64,000 nt of DNA from Paragordius varius (lineage: Eukaryota; Animalia; Nematomorpha), in NCBI GenBank assembly GCA_964247055.1, contig OZ176056.1, positions 5,952,001 through 6,016,000 of the forward strand, given 5' to 3'. Positions 28,301-42,110 of the stretch are shown one piece after another. Positions within the stretch are counted from its first letter, which is position 1. Each line of letters starts with the position of its first letter. Both the position numbers and the translations under genes were made by a program. The notes below the pieces were generated by a model. The model was given only the letters and a program-made list of their open reading frames with translations. It ran no database searches and was not told the DNA's origin.

Positions 28301-29599
28301 TTATAAAAAATATCAAAAGTATAAACATGAAGTCGCGTACGATTTATAACGAAAGATAAAACAAGATGCGCTATTCCAATCATTAAGGCAGTTTCCCCAA
28401 GGTAGCTGTTGAAAGATTGTATCAAATAAAATAATATAATAGCAATCAATAAACTAAGACACTTCCAATTAAGGTTAAAAGAACTGAACCAATACCAACC
28501 CCTAGAAAACAGTATACGTATATTATTTGTAAAAAAACAGATAAATTTATCATTTATAAGTAGGGTTGTGCATTCGACTGCTTTTTCAAAAAACTGGTCA
28601 AACCCAGTCAGACCATGGTCATGACCGTACTCATGACCACTTTTTACTTAAGTAAATATCATTCAATAGTGAAAATAATGTTCAAACGATACTTGCGTTT
28701 TACTAATAATGTCATATTTTTCTTAAAAGTTTGTATTATACATTTTTTTGATATTTATTTTTCACAAATATTTTCAATCAAAATTAATCAAGAATTTTTT
28801 CAAACTTCAAATACACAGGTTTTATGGATATGTAAAATAAAATTTTTTAATCATTGAAGTATCCAATTATATGTTCTTTATTGGTTCACATATATGGGAT
28901 AATTGCATATTTTGCAAAGTGCATCGTTTTGTTTTGATAACTGGATATGCTTAAATGCTAATGTATAAGGATGTGACAATTTTATAATGTTAAATAAGCA
29001 TATTTAAATATTTAATTTATATTTCAAAAAAATATATTGATAAACAATAAAATCATACCATTTCTCTTCCAAAATTATACCAGCAACTTTTCATAAAACA
29101 GCTGTTTTTTCAAATGTCCAAAAAATAACTAGTACACTGACCTAGCCATGACCCGGTCAATTGACCGGGTGATGACTTGATCAACAACGCTTTTTATAAC
29201 ATATAGATTTTGGAATTACCATTGAACATCTATAACTTTCGCTCTTAATATTTCCGGTTAAAGCGCATAATTGATATATTTTTGGTACTTCAATATGGGT
29301 CTATAATTTATTACATAATAGATTTCGAAAATAAAATTAAAAACTAATTTTTTATCAAAAACATAGAAAGGTTATATAATTAATAGCAAAGACAAAATCT
29401 CAAGGTTAATAAATTTTAACTTAGCCTAAATTAAAAAATTATTTTAAGTGTATTTCAATTGTTGAAATCGAAATCATAAACTTCATGTTGGGATTAGAAA
29501 TGTTCAAAATGGAATAGATTGTAATATGAGGAATATAAGGTCGGTGAAAATTTTATTTAATGGTAGAGTTAGTGTATAATATATCTTGAGAGATTAATA

Positions 29600-31549
29600 A
29601 TTTTATTTAAAAAATGGAAAATGGTGGCTTTGTGACATGTTTCCGGAAAACCGATAAGCCCATTCAAATCCAAATGCCAAAAAAATATAATAATTAATGA
29701 CCCTGAAAATGGCTTCGCCCTTTTTTGAATTAGTTTCTCAGTTCTAGCCCACCGTGTAAAAACGGTTTTTTTTGAAAACTTAAGTCCACAAAGATCGTGT
29801 GCTTTAGACAATTTTCCGGAAAACGTGTTGGACTATTTGATTTCTAATATCCTTTTTATTTACTTTTCGATTGCGCCGAACATATCGGCTAGCTTTTTTA
29901 AATTAGAGTTTCTTTTCACCCGCCCCATAAAAGCCATTTTCTATTTTTTGCAAAAATTATAAGACCGCAATGAGGATTCCAGGTATTCCCTGTTAAAAGA
30001 CAAAACTTTTACTCATGCGTTTTGTTATATTAACTGCTGGGTAGGGAGATACCCGCTAAAAACTGCCCCATTTATTCAAATAGTGTGCTTTTGGTATTAA
30101 AATTCAGAAAACCTATCAGGCTATATGAGTTAAGGTAAAAATATAGATCTAACGGTTTTTTAAAATTAGCCGTTATTTAGGCCCTTCACGCCCTAAAAAT
30201 GCGCCTTTATAAAATGTTTTTTTAATTTTAAGGAAATTTTTCCGAAAACTAATAAGAGCTTATGGAATCTATTATAATTCCAGGTATTCAAAAAGGCAAA
30301 AATTTTAATCAAGCGCTTTTCGTATCAGCTTTGGATAGGGAGCTACCCGCCTAAAACTGCGCCACAATATCGATTGCGTTGTTTAGGAGTTATTTTAGGA
30401 AAACTTATCAGGCCACATAGGTTTAATAAAGGCCTAAAATATTACCCGTAAAAAGACAAAAATATAAGTCGAGCGGTTTTTTAATTCCCTTAATTAGGCC
30501 TTTGCCCTAAAGAATGCGGCACCATATAATGAATATTCGGTTTTGAGGCATTTTCGAAAATCCTAGGAGAGCATATGGAATCAATCATGGTTACAGATAT
30601 TACCAGAATTAAGGCATTAATAAAATGTTTTTTTGTTTTGGTTAGGGGACTACCCGCGAAAAACTGCGTCACCATATCGATACAGCATGCCTTTGGAGCC
30701 AAATTTCAAAAAACCAAAGAATCTAATAGGAAATGGAATATATGATTCCAGATATTCCCCATATAAAGGCAAAAATATTAGCCTTTTATACCTGCCCTTG
30801 GGTTAGGAGCTACGACAAAAACTGCGCCACTATATAGAAATTGCGTTGTTTAGAGGGCTTAAGTACAGAAAATTATTAGCTCATTAAAAGCTTAAAATAT
30901 TACCCGTAACTAGGTAATAAAGGTCAGGCGTTATTTTATTAGCCGTTAATTTAGGGCCTTTATGCCTAAAAATACCCCATCATATAACGATTTAATGTTG
31001 AGGTGTTTTTTGAATGACCCATGAGAGGATGGTATCAAAGATTCCAAATATTTGCCCTAAAAGAATTTAACTCAACGCTTTTTCCATATAGGTCTATATG
31101 TACGGGTTTAACGGTTTAAAACTGAGACGCCATTGAAAAATGGCGTGGTTTTGGAGTTAATTTTCAAAACTTAAGAAACCATACGAGTCAGTTTAACTTA
31201 GGAATTTATATAATAACAATCTTTCAACAGGACCACAAATGATTTACTTTTTATATTTCTTAAGCCCAGCTGTCTAAACATTTCAAAATAAAACTTTCCA
31301 TGATTTCAACGAAAATCTTATAATTCAAGATAGTTAATTAATAACTTTAATATAAGACAGTTTAAATATGGTCGATTTCGTAAACAATATTTGAGCCTAT
31401 GCAAAAACCAGTAAAAAAATAATTAAAAAAATTCTCTTTTAATGTGTTTTTTATTATTTTATTATCTTCATTACTTCTATTTATTGCAAATTATTAAGAA
31501 TAATTGTCGGTGAGACTACCTCACAGCGAAGCGTGACGGGGTTAACTAG
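29600..31549 (+). mobile_element. Non-autonomous Helitron with internal tandem units
   Basis: 3' end CAGCGAAGCGTGACGGGGTTAACTAG|T (GC-rich subterminal segment plus CTAG); homologous along its length to 42899-44908; 5' end degenerate. Confidence 0.7.
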
Positions 31550-34500
31550 TAGTATAATAAATATATGGAAAATTTTATGCATATAGCTATATATCACAAA
31601 TGGCTTTAATTTGTTTTGCTATTAAAATTTGGGTTGTACATAAAATGTTGTTTGCAAGCCGCGATGCTAGTCTGCACGGTAGATGATCTGTTATTGCTCC
31701 AAAATATATTATTTAATTATTGCCGGTTTAACTAAGACAAAATCAGTAAAAATAAGTATTAATTAATTTGATATACACAGATCCTATTTTGTTTATCTGA
31801 TAACGACAAATATACACAATTTGAGTTCGCCAAAAACTAGCGTATAATTTTTATAATTCATTTTTCATGTCAACTAAGCCATCAGGAAAAAAGGCTTTTA
31901 TCGTTTGCTATAAACACATGGTGAATAACCGATTAACACGTGTGAAACATGGTGAAGTAAAAAGCTTTGAACTTATATTAAGGAGGGATTCTCTGGTGTA
32001 TAACACAACTACGAAGTCGCTAAACGGCATAATGAATGACCAACTAAAACTCAACGTTTGAGAGAAGCATTACACTAATGTGACCAGATAGGCTGTTTTC
32101 ATTACAGTACTGGATTTTCAAAAAAAAACTGCGACTGTACTGCGCCAACTTTTGTACAGCTTTTTGAAATTAAAAAAATATTTTTGAATATTAACTTTTA
32201 TTTATTCAAATATTATTTAAGAATTTGATATAGTACCATCTGTAAAAAATAACCCCATAATGTGTAAAGAAATGGTTCATTTTGCGGTAAAAAAACTAAA
32301 GGTCTATTTTTAGTTGACTAATATTTTATTTTCTGCTCAAATTATACAAAAAACTAGGATTGCAGCCTTTAGCGCTGTGGTGAAACTTTAAATCTTGGAC
32401 TCAACCCCGTAAGTAATGACTCTTTCACCTAGGGCTTCTGCAAAAAAAGGTGCCTCAAAATTTAAATTAACAAAATTATTCATGATATTTTGATAAATGT
32501 TTGATCATGTTTAAGTTCATTTTTTTAATTATCAAACGGAAAATTATATAAAAATATGTTATTCCCGTATCATATATTTTAAAATTTATCATATATGGCA
32601 TATGATTTTGAAAATACCTTTATTAAGAGTTTTTACGTTTTTTATATTCTTAGGTGGGAGGTATGCTTTTTATTTTTTTTCCTAAAAATTATTATTAGTT
32701 TTCATATTTTTGAAACCAAATTATGAGTTGTTTTTTTAATGCGTGCTCAAACTATTTTGAAGCATGATGGATACGGTATAACACTTTAAGACAGTGATAC
32801 TCACCAAAAAAAATTTGACGGGTCAAATAATATATATATTTTTTCGAGGACCATCATAAACCTTATAATGGAAAATACTCCATACTATTTTACAACATAC
32901 ACACACATATTTCTAAATCAGCGCAAAGAATTTTGTGCTGATTACATGTAAATCCTGCTAAAAACTCGTTTTGCACCGTTTAGTATAAAATATTAAATAA
33001 CATCTATTTAGATATTAACCAATGATTTTTAACTATTTTGGTTTCACCTCATGACAGGCCACTTAATCCATCGTTCATATGATCATCGGTAAAACGATTT
33101 CTGTACGTATTCTTGACATATTTCATTTTTGAATATGCCGTCTCACACGTGAAAGTTAGGGGGAAAACATTTAGGACAACTTGAGCAGATTTTTTATATT
33201 TTCCTATTTATTTGGCACATCTAGGCAAAACTTTACATATCTTTCTTCCCTACGAATCTACTTGTATAGCCTCCCAATTGGAATCATTTTTAAAATCTAC
33301 GAATTCTTTAATGATATGCGCCTGATCAAAGCCGAAATACTATTGGATATATCCATATGCCATGGATTTTCAACGAGTTTTTGAGAAATTTATAATATTT
33401 ATTAATTCTTGAAATCTTTCATCTTATTAGATAAAAATGTTAAATGATTGTCTAAATCTCCGTGGTAAATCCACATTTTCTACATGAATCGTTTTTAGTG
33501 TTGGAAAATATAGGAAGTTTTAATTATAAAATCTTGTTTATATATTATTATTTTCTCTTCAAAAGCAAATTTAATAGCAAATTGTGTTATTATTTTGCTC
33601 CCTTGAAGTTAAACAAAATTTCCAAATCTATAAGTAATGTCGCAAAGTTAGGCTAATAACACCCACTAGTCACAATTAATTTCTTGTCAAACTTTCTGTT
33701 ATCTTATATAAATAATAGAATTTATTGTCTTATAACAAAAAATCTATTTAATACTTAACTAAGGTTTTACCATCTCACATCCGAGTACAAAAGAATATCG
33801 AATTCATTGTGGATATCTTCAGAAGGTTTTTTAATATTTGATAATTCTCTGCCATGGATGTGGTTAACTATATCCACAACCGTTTTAATTACTGTGATTC
33901 ATCTTTTACACGCTAAACCAAGCTTTGCTAATGAAAGCAGTGGGGTAAATATTTTGCATATTATAGTTGTTTTAAAGAGGGACAAATCCGTTGTTTATTC
34001 CAATCATAGAGGGACAGCCAAATCAAAACCAATTTTTTCATAGACATACTATTATTATCCGAAAAAAGAATTATTTCGATAAAATCACTTCCTTTTGTGG
34101 TATTATTCATTGGTAAAAATTTAAATATTCATCTTTAATTATGTCGTTGTAAAATCCTCAAGAAGAGCGCAAGTTGAGGTGTTGAACTAATATTAGTGCT
34201 AGAATCAATAGCAATACTTGAGTTTCAGAGCCAATAATATATTGTTAAAAATATATTTAGCCATATTTTCATCTCGTCATGTTAAGTCATAGAGTTGAGG
34301 TTTTTAATCCTCATGATTTGTTTTCTGAATTAATCAAATAAAAAAGTGCAATCATTTATTGGCATTCTTTTATTAGTTGGAATCAGTAAACGATTTTTTT
34401 CTAAAATATAGCGTATTTCATACGAGCTAATATTACAGCTTTTTCCTGGCTGAAGATATGGATATAATAGATTTTTCTTTCTGGTATAATTCTTATTTTT

Positions 34501-34945
34501 TTCGTTTCTTGCCTCATTCTTTTCTGGTTATTTATAAGAATAGATTTTAAAATGTCTTTCAATATTATATTTTTTTTATAATTATGATATCCTTTTATAA
34601 CGGCAAATATATTTTTAACGACAATTTCTTTCCATTCATTTTTAAAGGAGCGATTTTCATCGGATAATTTACGTTTTTTAGCATGAGATGTCATCTTTTG
34701 AATTTATGTTTAAATATTATGTATTGATTATAATAAATTCATGCTATAAAAAACAGGTTGAAATATAATGATGGTGATTTGAATATTTTATAGGAATTAG
34801 TTATAAAAAATGATGCAGGTAGCAACGAAAAATTTATGTATATGTAAGTTTGGGTGAAAGGCTTGTTAAAATACAAAAAAATTCAATTAAAATTCCAGAA
34901 TGGAAAAATAAAATACAGATGTCCCGAAATATTAAAATCATTTTA

Positions 34946-35705
34946 AAGTCATGCATCCTTTATTTTATCAAAAAGTTATTTTTTTCGTTAATAGGTATAA
35001 ATATTTTGTAAAGAATGGAAAACACAGGAGCTCTATGGTAATTCTTACACTTTTGATGAATATGATATTGTTAATACTATCTTGTTTTTTCTATTCTTTC
35101 AGATCCCGACATATTAGCACGGCTAGCATTGGAACGTGCTAGTATGGGTAAACTGTCCAGAATTTGGAACTCGTCGGTCATAAGATTTTCAACCAAACTT
35201 GCCATCCTGAAGGCGATGATATACCCCGTGGCAATTTATGGATCTGAATCATGGATATGCAAATCCATTGATAACGCATAAACTCTTTTCAAATGTGGTG
35301 CTTTCGGAAAATATTATAAATCTTCTGGAAATCCCACATCTCTAATTCTTATATCCTCAACCTCATCAAACCCGAATTTTTACTTCAAAATTTAATAATC
35401 TTTAAACAGCTAAATCTGGGTCATATCCTACGATCCGACTCGCTAGAAAAAGGAATATTCTTTGGTTGGTAGATGGCACCCGCAGAAGGGGCCGACACAA
35501 AAAGCGGTGGATAGACATGCTTAAATCAATAACAAACCGAACTTTTCCTCAATTGTTGAGAGAATCACAGATCGTCAATAATGGAGAACACTAATTTATG
35601 AGAAAGCCAAGAGTCGCTACATGACTAGCTTATAACAACAACCAAATATTTATATCGATTTAACAAAAAAAATAAATTTTTGATAAAATAAAGGATACGT
35701 GACTG
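34946..35705. mobile_element. Palindromic MITE (Tc1/mariner-like, TA flank) containing an RTE 3' end
   Basis: Inverted arms AGTCATGCATCCTTTTATTTTATCAAAAA and TTTTGATAAAATAAAGGATACGTGACTG; the uninterrupted copy at 50701-50913 shows the empty state. Confidence 0.7.
35100..35641 (+). mobile_element. 5'-truncated RTE-type LINE
   Basis: KLSRIWN, ILKAMIYPVAIYGSESW, RRGRHKKRWID remnants; ends in a short AAC repeat. Confidence 0.78.
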
Positions 35706-35884
35706 TAATGTAGAGAAATATCTCTACATTTTAAATTGTGTAAAGAATAAAAATTACAAAAATTAAATCTTAAGTATTGTAATAAGCGACAATTTTATGT
35801 GTGTTAAAATATATCAATCAAGAAAATAATTTAATCAATATGGTCATAAAGCAATTTTAGGGCCGCGGTTTAAGTACCACTGAT

Positions 35885-36420
35885 CTACATCATGAGAAGA
35901 ACGCATTTTGGCATTGAATTGGAACGAATTCAGGATGATTTTTTAATAGCGGAAAAAAACATGGCTTTAGCCTTGCCAAGCCGGTCCATCAACACCAAGG
36001 CCAACGTTGGCTAGAAGACCTTGCTCTGCAGGTCGGATATCTGAATTATGTATTATAAATTTTTGCATCTTGGTTAAACCGTTAAACAACGCTATCGCAA
36101 ACCAAATAATTTAAACCATGCTGAAATCGAAACCCGACTAAAATTGGCTAAATGACATTGCAAAGTGATTTTGCGACATAATAAGGCTCCATTTCACACA
36201 GTAAAACCAGTGAAGGACCTGAAAGCTTTGGTGGGAAATTCCACCGCATCGGCTGAACTCTCCTGACCTGGCGCCACCTGACTGATAAAAATTCGCATCA
36301 ATGAGGCATACCCTCGCAAATCAGATTTCGATAATTACAAAGACGTTATGGTTATACGAATGGTTTGTTACAAATAACAATCAATTTTATTGACACAGCA
36401 TTCACCTATATTATTTGAGT
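35885..36420 (+). mobile_element. mariner transposase remnant (C-terminal catalytic region)
   Basis: VILRHNKAPFHT.KPVK, NSPDLAPPD (cf. mariner YSPDLAPSD) and FASMRHTLA, with frameshifts. Confidence 0.75.
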
Positions 36421-36949
36421 TGAGGAAATATGTAAGATAAACAATATTAATAAAATATAATTATATATACGAAAGCCTTAGGCTAAATAAAAGATTGAGG
36501 ATACAACAAAACCGAACATATCAATATTATATCGCATTCTAAAATAATCCATAAGTTAGTAAAAACAAGTTTTAAAATCTACCTAATATGTTTTATTATT
36601 TGGATTACTATCATTCTGGCATATTGAATTGTATAAAAATGTTATAATCTTAAATATATTAATTACTAATGTGAATCTCGGGCTGCTACGCAGCTTGAGG
36701 AAGTCCTTCAACCTTCTTGGGAAAGGGGGAACGCTATTTGAAAAGTATCAACAAAATTGTGATCCATATATGCGGATTTTTTCGGAACATAACTGAATAG
36801 TTATGATATCATAAAATTCTCAATACAATGCTTCATAGAAATTTCAATTTGCAGTCATATTAGTATATTGTTTACTGGTGTGATAGCTTCAACGACGGCT
36901 AACGGAAAAAACTGCTATATTATAATTTTTACATTTTTATGAGTAATTA

Positions 36950-38438
36950 AAGCCTTTACTAAACTCATATGGCTTCTTAAGTTTTTTTATTAGCTCCAAA
37001 ACCACGCCATTTTAGTATGGCGCAGTTTTAAACTAATAGACCCCCACCCATACACTTATATGAGAAAAGCGTTGAGTTAAATTCTTTGCTTTTAAAGGGA
37101 AAATATTTGGAATCATGAGGTTCGAAAAAATACCTCAACGCTATCGTTATGTGATGGCATAAATTTGGGGCATAAAGGACCCAAATTAACGGGTAATAAA
37201 AAACGACTGACTTTAATTTTTACCTAGTTACGGGTAATATATCAAGCTTTTAATGAGCTCATATGGCCATAAATTTTCTGCAGGTCCAAAACGCAATTTC
37301 TATATAGTGGCGCAGTTTTTGGCGGATGGTTTCTTACTCGCAGGTATAAAAAAGCGTTTGGCAAAGTTTTTGCCTTTAGGGGAGTATCTAAAATTATAAT
37401 GGATTCCATAATTCCTAAAAGTTCTTGGAAATATTGCTTCAAAACCGAAAAATTCTTCTATGGGGGCGCATTTTTTAGGGCGTTAAATTTTACTTAGGGA
37501 CTCATTGAAAAAAATCCATACAAAATATTTGTTTTTTAGGGGTAGTAAATATTTTACGACTTTATTGAACTCAGATTATAGTTTTGATATTTAACTCCAA
37601 AGGCATGCTAAATCAATAAGTGGAAACAGTTTTACGTGGGTAACCCACCTAAATAGGAGCGAAACAAAACTCTCGATTATTTTTGCTTTACGGGTGATAT
37701 CTGGAATCATGAAGGATTCCATATGCTATCGTGGGATTTTTATAAATGCTTCAAATCAAAAAGTCAGTATATGATGGCGTTTTTCAGGGAAAGGGCCTAA
37801 TTAAGGGGTAATATTATAATACCGCTGTACTTAAATTATTTTTACGGGATTTCTTGTCCTTATTGAATTCATATAATCTGATTGATTTTCTGAAATTTTG
37901 CCCCAAAGGCACGCTAATTCAATATGACGGGGCATTTTTAGCAAAGATTTCTTTACCCAGCAGCCAATATAAAAGAAATGCACTTCTAAAATTTTCGCCT
38001 TTTAACAGGGAAAATATACAATCCTCATTGAATTTTTACAGTTGTACACCTGGGGTGAATAATTGATTCAAAAAATATTTTTGTGTACTTATTTTTTTTT
38101 AAAAAATGGATTTTTACGGGGGGAGCGGGGGCCTAAATAAAAAAAGCGAGCCGACTTTTTCGGCGCAATCGAAAATAAGTAAATAAATCATATATGAAAT
38201 TAAATGGTCCAACACGTTTTCCGGAAATTATCTCAACACAATTTTTGTGGACTGTTTCAAAACACCGTTTTTTGACACAAGGTGATTCCGAACTGTGGGC
38301 CTTTATTAAAACAGGGCGCAGCTATTGTCGGGGCATTCATTAATGATTATATTTTTTTGTCATTTGGATTTGAGGGTCTACCGGTTTTAAGGAAACAGAT
38401 CACAAAGCCAGCATTTTTCATTTTTATAAATATATAGA
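36950..38438 (-). mobile_element. Non-autonomous Helitron, 3'-truncated
   Basis: Starts A|TCTATATATTTATAAAAATGAAAAATGCTGGCTTTGTG on minus at 38438; colinear with 42899-44908. Confidence 0.72.
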
Positions 38439-39654
38439 TTTTTTCACTAATAAAAAAGTATTACAATTATTTAATACTTATATAATATAAATATTTTGAC
38501 GAAAATTGGTATTTTATTAACGGCTCCTCTATATTACATTTATTGTCAAAATTATCATCATCAAGTTCAGTTTTTTAATTATGAAAATGTTCACATTAAA
38601 CACAAAGTAATACAATCAAAGACAAAACAAAGAAATATTCAATTAGAAATTAAAATTCGTCCTTAAATTTTAATTAAAAAAAATATTTTTAGACTCAAGT
38701 AATTAAATACATTGTTTTGGGTTCCAAAATTAGGGTTATATGGATATTAATAACATATTCAACTATTTCGAGACAATAGTAAACTTGTAGGTTTAAGAGA
38801 AATGTTACACACATCACACAGATAGATTAAAATTACTTATGTTTTTTTATTTATGCATTTAGCTTTTCATTTTTATGATTTTAGTTGTATAAAATGCATA
38901 GGCTTAATAATAATTTATATGTCAAAAGTTCACAATTTTTCACATGCGGTCCTGTAATCCTATAACATTTCTCGACAAGCTTAAGTAGGAATTTAGTATA
39001 AATATAAAACCTGTTTTTTATTGTAGCCTCGACTGATATATTCCTTATGTAGAGCCTTTAAACCCAGTTATATTTATTCATTACCTTTTTATGCGCATTA
39101 TCATAAATTTTTAGCTAATATAGTGTATTATCTCATAAATTCATAAATTTACATTTATTAATAAGATCACTATAATTATGAGTAGGCCTTCTTTGTCATA
39201 TAAAATGCATTCAGGCGGGATTAATGCAGAAAACATTTTTTTATAAAGTATAGTGGTGTTTTTAAAAGTAAACGCCGAAATGGTCGCCTGCAAAACACAC
39301 GATAACTTCAAAGAAGATAAAAAAATTCCTTAAAATTAGTTTACATGGGGCATCGGTATAATACATACATATTTGTAATACTAAAAAACACACTTTAAAG
39401 AAATTTTTTCACATTTCTTATAGAAAATTCTTTTAAAAACGATTGTTATAATGAAATTCATAAAAATAGGTTTTTTACCTAATTCATTGCAAAGAGACAT
39501 GTTTATACCACATTTAAGTTTGCTCAATTTATGAAATTTAATTAGTTTTGTGATTTATATGTAGCAAAATTATATAAAATCGATTATTTTAATTGCTGAT
39601 AAAGATATCCGCTTAATTTGATCAAATATATAATAATCCCTTAGTTTTTAGGTA

Positions 39655-40280
39655 AGGGGTAGGTCAAGTTGGTCCTTAAACAGTTCAAGTTGGTCCTTGA
39701 ACAGTTCAAATTGGTCCTTAAACAATTCAAGTTGGTTCTTGAACAGTTCAAATTGGTCCTTAAAATTTATGAATTTTGATTTAATCATAATTTTTGCATT
39801 TATTTTTTTTATTTTATTATTTATTAACCTAATTTTCTTTATTTATTATATATTTATTCATGAAAAAATAAAATTTTTCAACCACTTTTATGTTTCAAAC
39901 TATTTTTTTTCAATTAAATAAAATAAATGACTTTTAAATGTTTGTAATAAAAGTTTAATTAATAACCCAGAAACCCTATATATTTTTTTATTTCGTGTTA
40001 AAATTATATAAATATCCAAAATTATTTACATAAATTAATAAGGATATACGGTTTTTTAAAAATTAAGAGTTTATATCGATTTAAAATTCATGTTAAATAA
40101 TAGGAAAAAGGTTAAAAACAATAAAATAGATGAATGATTTAGGATTTGATTGATAAAAGTTAAAAACAAAATAAAAAAGTCAGACCAACTTTAAGTGTTC
40201 AAGGACCAAATTGAACTCTTCAAGGACTAACTTGAATTGTTCAGGGACCAACTTGAAGTGTTTAAGGACACTCTTGAAGT
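39655..40280. repeat. Foldback-like element: inverted arrays of a 21-bp unit around an AT-rich spacer
   Basis: Unit CAAGTTGGTCCTTAAACAGTT repeated ~4.5x at 39664-39762, with its reverse complement ~4x at 40183-40280. Confidence 0.75.
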
Positions 40281-40499
40281 GTAAATGATATATATATATA
40301 TATATATATATTTGATTAATATTTTTTTACCTATATAAAAATTATTATTTACGTGGTTTATTGTTTTGTTTAAGATAAAAATTTTCAAAAAAATAGTAAT
40401 AAAATTTTTCCAAAAAATTAATTAAATATTACCATACCCCTTTAACAATATTTTAAGATTTTCATTTCTTTACCAAAGATTTACGACGCCCTTCCCCAA

Positions 40500-40635
40500 C
40501 ACTTCTTTTACTTTTTTAATGAATATGATATGGTTTATACCATAGAGCTCTTGTTTTTTTCCATTCTTTACCAAATATTTATACCCATTTAATAAAAAAA
40601 AGTAAATTTTAAATAAAATAAAGGATACATGACTG
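40500..40635. mobile_element. Partial copy of the ~210-bp palindromic MITE
   Basis: Right arm ...AAATAAAGGATACATGACTG|TA matches the 50701-50913 element. Confidence 0.6.
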
Positions 40636-41049
40636 TATTTTGGAGGGCAGTGTATTGTAAACCCCTGGTATAAAACATATGAAACTTTTAAAAAAGGTAT
40701 TTGGAATTTTATTCTTTTGTCAATATTGTAGTACATACAATTAGCAGTCTCGTTGTATAAATAATGTATGTTGCTCCTTATACAATTAGTAAAAATAACG
40801 TAATAGAAAGGATAAGGAACTCCATGTTGTAAAACAGACACAATAAACAAATAACAAAATTACCTAAATAAAGGACAGAAGTTCCACACATGCAAAGCAC
40901 CTTTGCTAAATTGACCAAATGCCACTTCAAGAGAAAATAGGTATACGACATACAAAGAGCATTAGCCAGTATGGGATTAAAAATGCGCCTATAGATTTGA
41001 TTCAATCATAAATATAATTAACCTCCGCCATTTCGGTAACAAAGACCGA

Positions 41050-42110
41050 CAGTGAATAAGCCCTTTTGAGAATTAGGACCTCAGTTTTGCCCCACCCAGG
41101 TAAAAATGAGTTTTAAAATCGATAGATGAATACATCAAGTTAGCTAATCTTAGACGAGACCATTTATATTAAGATTAGAATACATTTTAATAACCTTTTA
41201 TATATGAGTTAAACTAGTGTATCAATTTTGTATTTAACCTGTACACGTTATTTTACCTTGGTTTAACATGTAAATATTATATTCACAAGTATATAAACAT
41301 CGCAAACTGTATATAGTTTAGTCTTTGCATTCACTCCTCTGAGTATCAATAATGTACTCTTTTCTGATATCCTTTTCTATTTCTCTCTTATTGTTTTACG
41401 GTTTCTCGATTTACTACAAAAACAAAGCCTTAAAGTTTGAAAGACATTTTCAACAAACGTGTGGGCCCATTCGGTTTCATGGACCAGGGTAACTAAGCCC
41501 TTTTTTGAATTAGTCCCTCAGTTTGGCCCGGCACTTATGAAAAATGGGATTTTTTGGAAGGTGTTGGCTTTGGGTCATGATTTCGGAAAACGTGTGGACC
41601 TAGTCAGTTTCAATAGTGTATTTTTATCGTTTTACAATTGCGCCGAATCGACTAAGCCCATTTTATCACTCCCCCAATTTAGCCCCGTTAGTATTTTTTA
41701 TAAAACGTGTGGGCCCATGCGAGCTAAAAAGTGCTATTTTTATATATAAATGCGCTAAAGGTGATACCATTTTTTATATTAGCCCCTCTATCCCCCGTCC
41801 AAGGAAAAATCATTTTATTCAATAAATATTGGCTTTAAAGCACATTCCAGAAAAATGGCCTATTCAGTTAATATAATTTTTTTAATGCTTTATCAATCTG
41901 ACTACGGTGCTGAGCCCTTTTTTTGAATTAGCCTCCCAATTTTTCCCCGCCCATGTATTAATTATTTTTAAACAGTTGGGGGCTTTGACACCCGATAAAA
42001 ACGTGTGGCCGCAGTTAATTTTAAATCTATATAATTTAATTTCTACGAAAGTTAATGTAGGTTTTTTACGTCCCTCAACTAAGCCCCGTCTGTTTCTTTC
42101 ACAAAATTGA
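41050..42110 (+). repeat. Cluster of Helitron-related subterminal repeat units
   Basis: About five copies of an (ACT)AAGCCC-TTTTTGAATTAG-type unit (41057, 41492, 41651, 41909, 42079) related to 42970-43010. Confidence 0.55.

Larger units (their letters stand above)
32792..35882 (-). mobile_element. hAT (Buster/SPIN-like) remnant, copy 2, with nested insertions
   Basis: TIRs CAGTGATACTCA (32792) and TAAGTACCACTG (ends 35882); colinear with 5516-7775; transposase remnant in ORF 34401-34694. Confidence 0.82.
487..41044 (-). pseudogene. SLC6 paralog B, tandem duplicate of gene A, pseudogenised
   Basis: Exon homologues (minus): e1 remnant 41044-41023 (LCYRNGG only); e2 40988-40864 (125 vs 132 nt, frameshifted); e3 28501-~28262 (frameshifts); e4 ~28237-28091; e5 27928-27796 (donor is AT, not GT); e6 26993-26859; e7 25699-25596 (donor GC); e8 15445-15321; e9 ~14490-14384 (acceptor AG lost, deletions); e10 14320-14189; e11 9421-9322 (TGA 9418-9416, TAA 9373-9371); e12 8671-8565; e13 8163-7993 (6-nt deletion, TGA 8094-8092); e14 567-487. 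Confidence 0.9.

Noticed and set aside
39664-39762. Regular short repeats as a CRISPR array, or ORF 39697-39921 (NSSNWSL repeats) as a gene
   Set aside because: The units are contiguous with no unique spacers, the context is eukaryotic, and the peptide periodicity is simply the 21-bp repeat translated.
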